DNA from: Geosiphon pyriformis uo1 | Taxonomy: Eukaryota; Fungi; Glomeromycota | NCBI GenBank assembly: GCA_016748015.1 | Contig: JAAOMT010000503.1 | Location: 732,305 to 796,304, forward strand | DNA length: 64,000 bases | Direction: 5' to 3' | In this document: piece by piece, positions 52,397-64,000 of the stretch | Numbering within the stretch: position 1 is the stretch's first letter | Layout: each line of letters begins with the position of its first letter | Notes under the pieces: generated by a model | Seen by the model: the letters and a program-made list of their open reading frames with translations, nothing else | What the model was told of the DNA's origin: nothing | Databases searched by the model: none | Made by a program: the position numbers and the translations under genes

Positions 52397-55300
52397 AAGG
52401 AGAGAATAATGTTACTTATAGAAATATAAGAAATATATTAGCATAATTATTAGCATAATTATTAGCCAATTAAAAGTAAGCATAGTAAATATAGAATTCC
52501 AGGATTCCTCTTAGGAATTGCAGGATTCCGATTTCTCTTAAAGGAATTGCAGAATTCCAGGAATTCCAGGATTCCTGTCATGAAGAATTGAGGAATTGAG
52601 GAATCTCAATTATGTATATATAGCAGTAGTGTTAGAAACAGAAAAGACAGAATCGATACCACAGAATCCTTAACCTAGAAACACAATCATCAAATAAATA
52701 ATTATTTCATATCTCAAATCCACTCCTCACTATCAATCCTTCATGTTGATAGAAATTAATACTTAACCACGCTGAAACAATAGCTCTTGATCACAGCTAT
52801 TGATGGAATACTAATCTGCAAATTGCCTTGGCTTATTTCTTTGCTTTCTTTATTTTTCTTTTATTTCTTTTTTTCTTATTTTATTTTTGATTTGTTGTTA
52901 TATACTAATTGATAAAAGATTAAGCACTGAGTTATTGATGTCAAGGATAGCCTGGTAAAAGACCCAGAAATATGGGTAGGATTTTATATATTATCGGATA
53001 GCTTACCAGAAGGGCACGACTGCCAGACTAAATCCGGCCACCATGCTGAGAAAGAAATTGGGAAAACTCTTGGAAAATATATCTACTATTGACACTATTG
53101 AATCTCTGTCCATTATACAAAGGACTCAACCAAAACCTTCAGATACAGCACCTTCAGAACAGCCTCAATGGAAGTAGCTTTTGAGCACCAAGTTACGGGT
53201 TTGTTATTTAATTTAAAGCAGAAATAATCACCTGTAACAACAAGCAATTCTTGGGAAAGAGTTGACATTTACTACAATGTAACTATACAAAGTAACTGGC
53301 ATGGAATTGGTCATTTCACTTATAAGCCCAGCAGTTCAAATTATAAGAGATAATTTGAAGATAAATTCAGTTACTGAAGGTTCAACCACATCCAAAAAAC
53401 GTGAATTCACAGCAAACAAGCATCGACAACATTTAAGAAAAGAGACCAAAAACCTTCGGTAACACTGTACACAGCTTTTATCAAATATGAGCACAAATTC
53501 GAAGTTTTCTGACCAGTAAACTCAGTAAGCATATGAGAGTCTGGATGCCAAATTTTTGTGGTAGAAATCCAGTCTATACACCCAACAAGATCAACAGGTA
53601 TCATACTCACACCAGGCCCAGCCTCTCAGTCAGCATGATTAATAGATCAAAAAATGTCCCTTACAAAGTGGCAGGCATTATCAGGGATTGCCATGTTTTC
53701 AGCCATCAAATAACACTCATAAACTCCAACCAACAAAGAGAAGGAAGATCAAGCAGCTTCCTCAGCTGCCAAATTAGCCTTGACATACCCAAAATGCCAG
53801 AATGGCCTTTAACTTTAACCCAGACCATCTTGAGATCTTTTTCCCTAATCAGATTGAAAATATGGTGTCTTTCCAACCAGCACCAATTATGAATCAGGCA
53901 TGGCACAAGACAACTTTGACAAGCAGACATCAATAGCAGCTTGGCTATTAGTATGCAAAATCACTTGACAAGAGGAAGGTACACACTCAAGAGCCAACAC
54001 AACAGCCTACAACTCAGCTAGAGTAGAGAATAATAGACCACCAACCACAACACCAACACTTCTATCTAAAACCAGAAAATACACAGCAGCACCACAAGCA
54101 GCATCAACCAAGCCAGCATTTCTCAAAGATCCATCAGTATACACCTCAAAGCAACTAGACCAGATATCATGCAACCCATCTTTTACCAGAGAAAACACCT
54201 CAGAATCTAAAATGTTTGTATCAACAGACTGAGCAAAACCAGCAGAACTGGAAGCAGAAAAGCCTTAAACCAACATAAACTCAGATGCGACTGAGAACCA
54301 ATAAGGCACAGGGCCCCATGGGTCCAACTTTTTCCAACAACAAAAGATTTTCCAATCTAGCACATGGTCTCTCTTATCCAAAATCCGATCACCAAAAGCA
54401 ACCCCAAAACACTTCAGAAAGCAAACAGAATTAAAATACTCAGAACTACCTAGAATTGACAAAAGTGGAAAACAACCTGGACTGTGAAAGGCATTGGGAA
54501 GGTTGTTAGCCAAAGAAAGCTTATTACTCAAAAAAATTTTTGCAATCCCAGCCAAAAAGTTGTTGACTGGACTAACACACAACTTGACAGGAAACTGCAA
54601 AGAATCCAGAGAAGCCCAGCCAAGAATCTGCAAGTCCAAAAACCTATAATTGAACAAACGCCCAAGGATCCCAGAGGCATTAGAAAAAGACACCAAAGCA
54701 GCAATTTTCCCTTCAGATTGCACTTGTTCAAAAGTTTTCAAGCCATACAAAGAAGAGTGATGTAAGGCAGCATCCAGAAAATTACAAGGCAAACCAGCTT
54801 TGAACTTAAGACCCTTTTTAACCATAACATCCTATTTGCAATAAACACCAGATAAAACAAAACTAAATTGAGTCTAGTAACTAACTATAGGCTGCAAGAC
54901 AGCTGAGACCAAATACGAGAACTGTTTATCTGTAATAGCCTTCCTGAGCATGATGTTGACAAAAAAACGAACATCAGAATAAGCTTTAAACACACTAGGT
55001 TTAGAAAAACCCTCCGTAGACAAGAAGATATCCAGATAATAATGAGCTTTGCCCTTTTTAGCAATCAAGATTGGCTGACCACAAATACTCAGAGAGACAA
55101 TCCTAACACCCTGGTTAATGGGAATAGTTACCGTCTTATCATTATTAATAGAAATATCATTGATTTTGAAGAATTTACTGGCAATGTTCAGAGCATACTG
55201 AGTGAAGGCCTGACAATTTCCAATCCAAATTGTATCATCGACGAATGCACCAGCCGCCAAGTAAAACATCATCCCACCCACACCCTCAACTCTGCCCATC

Positions 55301-58300
55301 TTTGCAACAAACTTAGAATCAACATGGTATCCACACAAATGCTTGTGTTGTTTCACTTTGCATAAGAGTAGATCATAGAAAATCTTTCATAAGAGAGGCA
55401 AAAAAACTTCACCCTGGTCCAATCCATCATGTACACTATAGTTATCTGACAAGCCAAAATCAGTCATCACCCTGTTAACTCTATCCTCGTGAATGTTCTC
55501 AAAAAATCCAATAAACTTCTTACACATTTTGATGTACCGCAGATTAGCTTTCAAGTAAGACCAACTAACAGAATCATACACCTTCCACATATCCTGCAAA
55601 ACCAACCAAATTTCCCTATTTTTTTCAAAAGTATTCTTCACAACTGAACCAACTGCAAACACTGGAGATTGTGTAGAAGTACCACAGAGCACTGAAAAAT
55701 TATCACTTCAGAGAACACCAAACTTACTACAAGCCAAAGAGATGTGATCAGACAAAATCTTAGACAAAATTTTTCTGGCAGTCTCAATCAAAGCAATAGA
55801 ATGAGTATTAGTAAAAACACTATCCCAATCATAAGGCTTAGGGATCATTGAGACTCATGCTCTTTTCCACAAAGCAGGCACCATGCCAATAGATAAGCAC
55901 ACATTTAGCAGTACCAAAAGGCATTCCAACACCTCACCACAACCATGTTTCCAGAGTTCATTGGAAATGTCAGACAAGCCAGCAGCTTTGCCATCAGGCA
56001 GACTATTAGTAACCGAAAGCAATTCACCCATGCTAATCACATTTATTACATTAAAAAAAGCATCATCTCTAACATAGTTCAAAGGTGAATACTAACAAGT
56101 CCAGAGATCAGACAGCACCATAGGCATCACATGCTTCTGTGTCCAACTCTCCATAATCTTGTCAACACTTGACCTGACTTCCTCCAGCTCCAATATCAAT
56201 TCATTATTAACCACCAAATGATTCAACACCACCTTTCAAAATGGCTGATCCAGAACACTCCTAATCATACTTCCCTTGTCTGAGCAAAATTGTTCCATGT
56301 GCTTTTCAATAGTCTTTCTAATAGTAGCCTCTTGCAGCAACTTTGATTCAAACATCTTGGATTTTCTATATCCCTTTCTGACAAGTGACAAATAACTAAA
56401 AAGGTTCTTTACTTTTTGGCCACCACAAACCATGTCCTCCAGAACAAAAGCTTTACCAGCATTCAGAGCTGACCATTTTTTCACGAATCGATCGAAACCA
56501 AAAGTATCAGCAAAGGTCAGGCATTTGACTATCTTGGCAATCAGCAACTCCAAATCCAGGAACTTAGAAGAATGTTTATTTTTTGAGCACTGAAAATCAC
56601 AGAACCAATGTCTGAAAAATATTTTATCTGCAGAATCCACCACCACCTTTTCCAGCAAAAACCACATAGCATCCAAATCAAGACCAGCAGCAGTGCCAAA
56701 AAATCTCCTCTTTACCTCCAACATCTTAGCAGAAGAACATTTCTTAAAACAGGACCACCCAGCATCATCAGTATTCTTTATCCTAAACTTCCAATGATCC
56801 TTGTTGGTCTGCTTATGCAAACCATTCAGCTGAACATCTAAGAGTCCACCCAGGCCAACTGAAACCATGACAGATTTGTGATCTGTATTGAAGAAATCAG
56901 AAACAGAATTGACACAATGCTTTGCAACAGCAAAAGATAGAGTCCCACTAACAAGAATAAAATCAATTGTCTTCTTTACCCCCTAGAATTGCTCCATATA
57001 GCTGTTTTGACCAAAAAGTGTCTAACAAAAGAATTGACTAAACCCAAACCCAAACAGAACTTAAAACTCACACTTCTCCCAGAATCATTCTCGTTAAAAT
57101 CACCACCCAGAACAACAAAAGTGCTGGAGTTAACAGCCTTAGCAATAAAAAAATTCACCACAAGAGCCTGAGCAAATCTAGTCCCAGAAGAAGCACCAGT
57201 ATACAAACCCAAAATTGTAACCAAAAGCTTGTCTTTAAACAAAAGCCAAATTGAAATCAAATGACCAGGAACCTATTCAATCCTAGAAACATGGCAAGTC
57301 AAAGAGTTGTTTATGATCACAGTAACGCCAGCACCGAGATAACCAATATCCAACCCAGAAGTAAAAATCCGAATCCCATCAAATTTGTTCCTGATTCATG
57401 ATCCAAAAGAGAATCTCAATTTTGTCTCAGCAACAAAGAAAATCATATTTCCAGAACTCACATGCCAACAGACTATGTCTGTCTGTTTTGCAGGAACATT
57501 GATACTCTAAACATTGCATGTAGCTAATTTCCAGACCAGATTACTTATTGGAATAAAGGGAGTAAGGACAAGCCCGAACCAGAACACAAGAGATTCAATC
57601 TTGCCAGGATCAAACCAAATGAAGCTTCTAGAGCAGATAATTTGGATTCCAAACTGCCCACCTTGGAGGTAAGAACCTTAGAACCACTTGAACTAAGACC
57701 AGCAGTAGGCTCATCACTACCAAAAAGAGGCGGAACAAACAGAGCCAACACATCATCCAGAGCCATATCTAAATCCACAATCAGAGCCAAAGGCACTGAA
57801 CCAGCCATAGAAGGAGCATAAGAAGTGAATACCAAAGGCACCAGATTAACAAAACTCAATTTTTTAAGAATAACAGAAACCTGATTCGAAAAAATTTCCA
57901 AAAAACACTCTAAAACCACCAAACAATCACCCAAACCATCAACCTGAAGACCAGAAAAACTAAAAGAAAGATGCATACCACCAGAGAGTGAACCAGAACC
58001 AGAAGAGAAGCCACCAGAAGAGGAGGCAAGAGACACCACTTGAGCCCAAGATTTTTCGCCAAAGGCAGCAAAGTGAGAGATAGGAACATTTTTTTGCATA
58101 CAACCTGGCTAACTGAAGATAATCAAAACCAGAAGCAGACTTCTTAAACAAAATTGGAAGGCCAGAAGATGACTCAACCGATACATCACACTCCAGAGTA
58201 GAATGGCCAAAATGCCCATACTTCCCACACCAAACCAAATCCAATCTCATCCATAAGAGATGTACCTCACCAAAAATAGGCTTAGTGAGAAAAACAGATT

Positions 58301-59532
58301 CCAACTCCTCATTAGATTCAAAGCCAACCACAGCAAATAAATGATTAATGATGTAAGTTTTTCCACCAGTCTTTTCCAAAAGAGTATCAAGATTATGTGC
58401 AGTTGTTTCCACTGGCAAAGTAAACAACAGCACTCTGAACTGATCTCTCAATGCCCAGATATCGTGATCTCCTACTGCTTTGGTAACACATACTGAATCT
58501 TTTCTGATCAGGAATGACCATTTTGAGGCCAACAGATTGGCTTGACTCAATTTGGCAAACTTCACTACAGTCTTTTGCCACATTCCAATTAACTGAATTT
58601 TGATCGACTTAATTTGTCCAAACTCAGATATTGCAGCAACAATCATATCCCTAGGTGTATCCATGGGAATTTCCTTAATTATTATGGCCCAATTTGAACA
58701 AAATTCTTGTTTCTTAAAATTGCTGTTTATACTGATCCCATTTTCACCAGCCAATAAAATGGCCTTTTTCATGCTTTTTTCTGATGTAAACATCGATCTG
58801 ATAATCTCTTCAAATTTTGAGGGGGTAGTGGCCCCCCCAAAACCATTGATTTTTGAAAAAATTTTTCTGACGAACTGAGTTTTTGACATAGCCAATTTTT
58901 CTTCCACAGCTGAAAGATTGATGTCCAAAGCAAATGATTTCTTGACCAACACCTCAACCTGAGTCTTAACAATTTTAGGGTCAATCCATTTTTTTTCCAG
59001 AGGGATTGAAAGGCGAGAAGGAAGAGAGACATCTTTATCATCATCCATGACAAAATTAGGAGAACCAAAAGGTAAACCAAAAATGGCACTAGTATTAACA
59101 TGCTTGGCTTTAGGAGTATTGACGACAGAATCCAGAAGAGACCCAACATTAATGCCAGTCATGTTAGTATTTTTCTCATTACCAAACACACTATCCACAT
59201 CAGAGAACATACTAACACTAAGCTCAGACCTGTCCAAAGAAATATCCTTTTCATCCCTTGAGTGTTTGACATTCCCAAACATAACTCTCTTCTTTTACGA
59301 GAAGAAATCACCAGCAGGACCATAAAAAACACTCTTTGGTGCTTTCTTAAACATATTGTTACTAAAAGCAGCCTCCAGGACTTCAAAAAAGAGATTATTA
59401 GAAAGAGAAATTGTGAAATACTAACAAGAAAAAATAAAAAACTTTTTTATCAGAAAAGCACTTTTTGAGAGTTTGTAAAAGTAAGAGAGAAAGAAGTTTT
59501 TTTAAAACTTAAATAATTTAAATTTTAATATT

Positions 59533-59534
<2 letters not shown>

Positions 59535-59577
<43 letters not shown>
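59535..59577 (+). repeat. (TAA)n microsatellite
   Basis: Directly visible. Confidence 0.9.
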
Positions 59578-59599
59578 TTTTAAATTTTAATTTAGCAAT

Positions 59600-61380
59600 T
59601 ACAAAATTATAATTTTTTTATTATGTTTTTATAAAATGTAATTTAATTATTATTTTAAATTATATAATAAATAATTATTATACAAAAAATATAATTTATG
59701 TTCTTATTATATATAATTAATTACTTAAATCAATATTATTAATAAAGAAAAACAAAAATTATAATAAATAAAAAATAACCAATAGCAAAATAAAAAATTA
59801 TTAAAAGCATATAATATCAAAAATTTTAAGAATCTTAAGAATTTTAGAAATATTAACAAAAATATTAGAAATTTTAAAAATGTTAAGAATTTTAACAATA
59901 ACTTAAAATTTTTTTAGAAATTTCATATAATGAAGATTTATATATATAATAAAAGTATTAAAAGTTAAAAAATATTATCAAAAAACAAATAAGCTTATTT
60001 TAAGATCAATCTAGTTATTTTTATTTTAATATTACTTATTAATTAATAAATTTAAAATTATCTTATTAAAATTCATATTATAGTTATATTAATACTATTA
60101 GTATTTATCATAATTATTTAAAAACATTAAAACAATAGTTTTTGATTATGATTATTAATAAGATATTAATTATTACTTTATTATTTTATTATTATTGTTT
60201 TAATTAAGTTTACTAATTAATTATAGAAAAAATATTAAGATTATAATATTAAAAATTGCTTAGTAAAAAATATTAAAAAAAGTATAAATATAGTCAAAAA
60301 ACTAAGATTGCTTACTAAAAAGATGTAAATACCAGAATAAATTAGTTATTATATTAAGAAAACTTCGAATTAATTATTAATTATTATTCATTAAATTTTT
60401 GTTTATTATACAAAAAACTTTAACTTAAAACCTTTAGAAAATTCTTTAGAGTAGAATACTACTAACCAGAATACCAAGTTACAGAATTATTACATTAGCC
60501 AAAAATTTATCCATAATACTAATTAAAATTATATTATATACTTATGTTTTTATTTAATATTAAAAGTTTTAATAATTTTAATAAAACCAAACTGTAATTT
60601 AAAACTAAACTAAAATAATTTTTGTAATTAAAAGCCAATAAAAAATTAAAAACAAAACCAAATAAACAAATATTATTTATATTTATAAATATTAAATAAT
60701 CAATTATATTAAAAATTATAAAATACTTAATAATTATTATATATATAATAATATTTTTTTTAGCCAATAACAAATAATATAGAGTTAAATAATTAACAAT
60801 TAAAGTTTTAAAATATAACTTTTTAATAAATTTATTAATTATAAAACTTTTTTTAACTATATTTAATTTATAGACCAAAAAAATTCAATTTTTTTTTTAT
60901 ATTAAATACAAAGTTTATTATTATTAACAATTTTTATAAAGTTTTAATAAAATATATATACAAGCCAATAAACTTAATATTAATTAAGTTAAATATAATA
61001 TTTTTATAAAATATTATATTTATATTATTAATATTAATATGTTTTTTTTTAATTTTAAAAATTTAGAATATTTAAAAACAATTCTAATTAACAAACATTT
61101 AAAATAACTTGATTATTTAAAAAAAAATTCTATTTTATTGTTAATTAAAACAGTATTTAAATCTAAAACAATTACATAAAGCTTTATTATTATGAAAGTC
61201 AACAAATTTGTAATTTTAATACTTAAATTTACATTTAAGTTAAAGAAATAACCAGACAGTATTATTTTTTAAAAGTTGTTTTATCTATTTATTTACAAAA
61301 CTTTATTTTTTTTATTTTTTGTATAATTCGAAAAAAAAATTACAGTTTTATTTTTTGAAAATTTTGTTTTTTAATAAATG
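59600..61380. other. Extremely AT-rich tract, probably a terminally eroded TE relic
   Basis: Almost no G/C. Residual C sits mostly in ACCA/GCCA words, as in the eroded LINE at 24830-30270. No domain recognisable. Confidence 0.4.
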
Positions 61381-61387
61381 GTTTTAA

Positions 61388-61436
61388 CAATAACAAGAAC
61401 AACAACAATAACAACAACAACAACAACAACAACAAC

Positions 61437-61470
<34 letters not shown>
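61388..61470 (+). repeat. Compound (AAC)n(AAT)n microsatellite
   Basis: Directly visible. Confidence 0.9.
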
Positions 61471-61794
61471 TATATATAAATTATTTTAATTTTTGTTTTG
61501 TTAAATTTATATTTTAATAAATATTTTTAACAATAAAAAATCTGATAAATATATTTTTTTTATTTTAATAATTTTGCCATAATTTATATATATATATATT
61601 TATTTTAATATATTTTAATTTTATCAAAATGTTCTTATAAATTGGAATAATAATTATAATTTGATTAATAGCTTTGTCTTTCAGAAAAAAATTAATTTTA
61701 TGTAATTCAAGCTATTTATATACATGTCCATTTTATCGATAAAATATAATCTCACAATTAATATAAGCACAATTTTTTAGAATTTTATGTACAA

Positions 61795-61853
61795 TAAAAA
61801 ATAAAAAATAAAATAAATAAAAAATAAAATAAATAAAAAATAAAAAATAAAAT

Positions 61854-61884
<31 letters not shown>

Positions 61885-61950
61885 AAATAAAATTAATAAA
61901 AAATAAAATAAAATAAATAAATAACTAAAAAATAAATAAAAAATAAAATA
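61795..61950 (+). repeat. A(3-5)T low-complexity tract
   Basis: Directly visible. Confidence 0.85.
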
Positions 61951-62404
61951 CGTCATCTTAACTTTTCTCAAGTTGAAAACCTTTTCACTAAGCTCTTTTT
62001 AAATTTTTGAACTCACTTGGAATCCTTTCACTGCAACGTAATGATGGTCCATATGATTTAGATTCCTGGAAAACTGGTAAACGGATTGGGCCGGCCGAAT
62101 TTGTAAAAAACTAAATGGGGAGTTTTTTTTGTTTTTTTTTAAACAAATCGGGTTTATTAAATGATTACTTTGCATACGTCAAGAGCTTGCGTCAGATATT
62201 ACGCCATTTCAGGACGTGTATATCGTGTGAAACAATCAAAAATTTGAAAAGCTATAAATTATCTCGGGGGTTTAATAAAAGTTTTGAAAATTATCATTAT
62301 TATCATTATTATTATTATTAAATCCAATTTGACTTCCGTCTAAAACGAAAACGAAAACGAAAACGAAAACTCTTTACTCTCCTATTTAATAAAATAAAAA
62401 CTTC

Positions 62405-63107
62405 ATGGCACCAATCAAGTTATATGTTTATGATTTATCACAGGGATTAGCCAGATCATTGTCGTTAGGTTTAACCGGGAGGCAAATTGGTATTCAACTA
62501 GAATTTAACTACGTTTTATTTATCCCTTATCATTTCATTTATTCATTGGGATAAAATCCTTTTAAAATTCTTTAGAAGGTATATGGCACACAGGAGTTGT
62601 GGCGTACGGTCTGGAGTGGTATTATGGACAAGGGATATTATTTGATTTACCTGTAAGTTTGCACTATTTTTATTTGTTAATTCAAGTTATATATATGTAT
62701 ATATATATATATTTTTTTTTTTAGGGGGAAACTCAATTAGGTCCACCTTCACAAATTATTGACATGGGCGATACTCAAATTCCCCAAGAGATCTTTGAAG
62801 AATATCTTGATGAACTACGTCAAGTCTTTACGATGGACAAGTACCATTTGCTTGATAACAATTGTAATAACTTTTCAAATGCCGTTTGTGAATTTTTGAC
62901 GGGTAAACAAATTCCTGAATTCATTACAGGTAATATATGTGAATCAAGATTTTCCCATTTTTTATCCATTTTGTAAATGAATTTAGAGTATTTCATTCTC
63001 AATATTCTCCTTTTGAAGGCTTACCCGCGGATTTCTTGATGACACCATTGGGCCAGCAACTTCGTCCCGTTATAGAATCAATGTTTGGACCAAGTCAGCA
63101 TCCTTGA
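62405..63107 (+). CDS. DeSI-1-like desumoylating isopeptidase (PPPDE peptidase). Predicted exons: 62405-62489, 62576-62652, 62725-62929, 63019-63107
   Basis: Spliced product MAPIKLYVYDLSQGLA...EGIWHTGVV...YHLLDNNCNNFS...TPLGQQLRP contains the PPPDE His (WHT) and Cys (NCN) catalytic motifs. GT-AG introns keep the frame. Confidence 0.92.
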
Positions 63108-64000
63108 CCTTTGAGATGTTTTGAGATATTTTATTAATTTAAAATTTAAAATAAGTTTTTACCAATACCTCTTTTTACCTTTAATGAGAAAAGTCTATGT
63201 TTATTTTTTTATATATTTTTCGCTTTCATAGAATTTATTTTTTTAATTTAAACAAGCTTATAGCCACGGCTTTAAACCCGTAAAGAAATGTAAAACGATT
63301 CATAATTTTGTAATTATTTGTGGAGTTTTAATTTTAAAACATTAGTTCAAAAATTATTTTTGATTTTTGAAAATATAAAAACTTGAAACATGGAAATGTT
63401 TGAGTTATAGCATGATTCAAGGCTTATAAAGTTTTATGTTAGAAAACTAATTATTAAGCAAAATATTATTGAATTTTATAATTTTACACAATTTATCATT
63501 TACATGAAAAAAAATCATGCCTAAAAGCACAGTTTTTTTATGACTTTAGAATTTTTAAAATTTTTTGGATTATTTAAATCTATTAAAACCAATCAATCAA
63601 CTTTTTGTATTAATTCATTATTAAATAAATCATGAAAATATCCTATGCACGTTACCCTTTACTACAATTGTGTTTTATTTTAATACCACATAAATAATCC
63701 AATAATACAAATATGAAGTTGTAATCTTTCACATAATGTAATGCGTTTATGCGAATAATTAAATAGAATTAATTTGAGAAATTTCGAGTTCAAAATGAAA
63801 TTTCAATTCATAAAACTTACTTTATGTAAAATTATCACCAATTTTTGTCACACGAAACTGCCTGATTTTATTGGATGGCCCCCAATTGATAGTGCTGCGT
63901 CATTATTTTATTGGGATCGAGTAATCTTGTTCGTTTATAAATCATTGTAATTTGAGTAGCCTATCCCAGGCTAAATAGTAGTAATTAGCACCAAGCCATC

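Larger units (their letters stand above)
43163..53239 (+). mobile_element. Full-length Gypsy family A copy A4 (LTRs 43163-44019 and 52410-53239)
   Basis: Highly similar TG...CA LTRs. PBS TGGTGCTCTCTGTGAG at 44022, PPT at 52395-52409. Flanks ATGA and ACAA fit a decayed ACGA TSD. Complete domain set. Confidence 0.95.
42414..53464 (+). mobile_element. Solo LTR of family B (~975 bp: 42414-43162 plus 53240-53464), TSD CTGT, split by Gypsy A4
   Basis: Termini TGTTACC...GGTAACA. CTGT at 42410-42413 and 53465-53468. Homologous to 1-350. TATA-like site at ~42794 and AATAAA at ~42878. Confidence 0.87.
41682..59501 (-). mobile_element. Full-length degenerate LINE with RNase H (ORF1 ~57545-59354, ORF2 ~41806-57548), interrupted by 42414-53464
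   Basis: Removing the insert rejoins ...YLIKAVY/RCFSVAVQKKLY.... Same domains as the 30850-37745 copy. Candidate TSD TTAAAACTT at 41673-41681 and 59502-59510 (less certain). Confidence 0.9.

Noticed and set aside
43159-53243. Mismatched flanks of A4 suggesting a recombinant element without a TSD
   Set aside because: ATGA and ACAA are both single CpG-decay products of ACGA, the same pattern occurs at 10028/10911, and the outer B TSD is intact.
42414-53464. DNA transposon or MITE with TGTTACC terminal inverted repeats
   Set aside because: TG...CA ends, a 4-bp TSD, U3-type repeats, the TATA/AATAAA layout and the shared UAGC/AAG element match the LTR families, so a solo LTR fits better.
60534-61971. 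Hydrophobic F/I/L/Y-rich ORFs resembling membrane or mitochondrial proteins
   Set aside because: They are artefacts of near-pure AT and low-complexity sequence.

Overview
AT-rich, intron-containing fungal DNA. Gene structure and TE content suggest Glomeromycotina, possibly Geosiphon-like; this is inference from recall, not a search. Most of the window is decayed retrotransposon. It holds nested Ty3/Gypsy LTR elements from four LTR families (here called A-D) and three minus-strand LINEs with APE, RT and RNase H domains. Two intact host genes lie in CpG-retaining islands: a cyclin T/K-like gene (38670-40776) and a DeSI-1/PPPDE peptidase gene (62405-63107). The Gypsy lineage is the main point of interest. 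(1) All nine readable insertion junctions have a 4-bp target centred on CG or its deamination products TG/CA. In two clear cases and one likely case the two TSD copies decayed in opposite directions, so the target was CpG at insertion. (2) The layout is one Gag-PR-Cys-rich domain-dUTPase-RT-RNase H ORF, then a separately encoded integrase continuing in frame into a conserved ~230-aa unknown domain. (3) Otherwise unrelated LTR families share a co-varying structured RNA module: a palindromic-loop hairpin plus a two-fold symmetric UAGC/AAG internal-loop stem. TE copies also show RIP-like C>T/G>A erosion.
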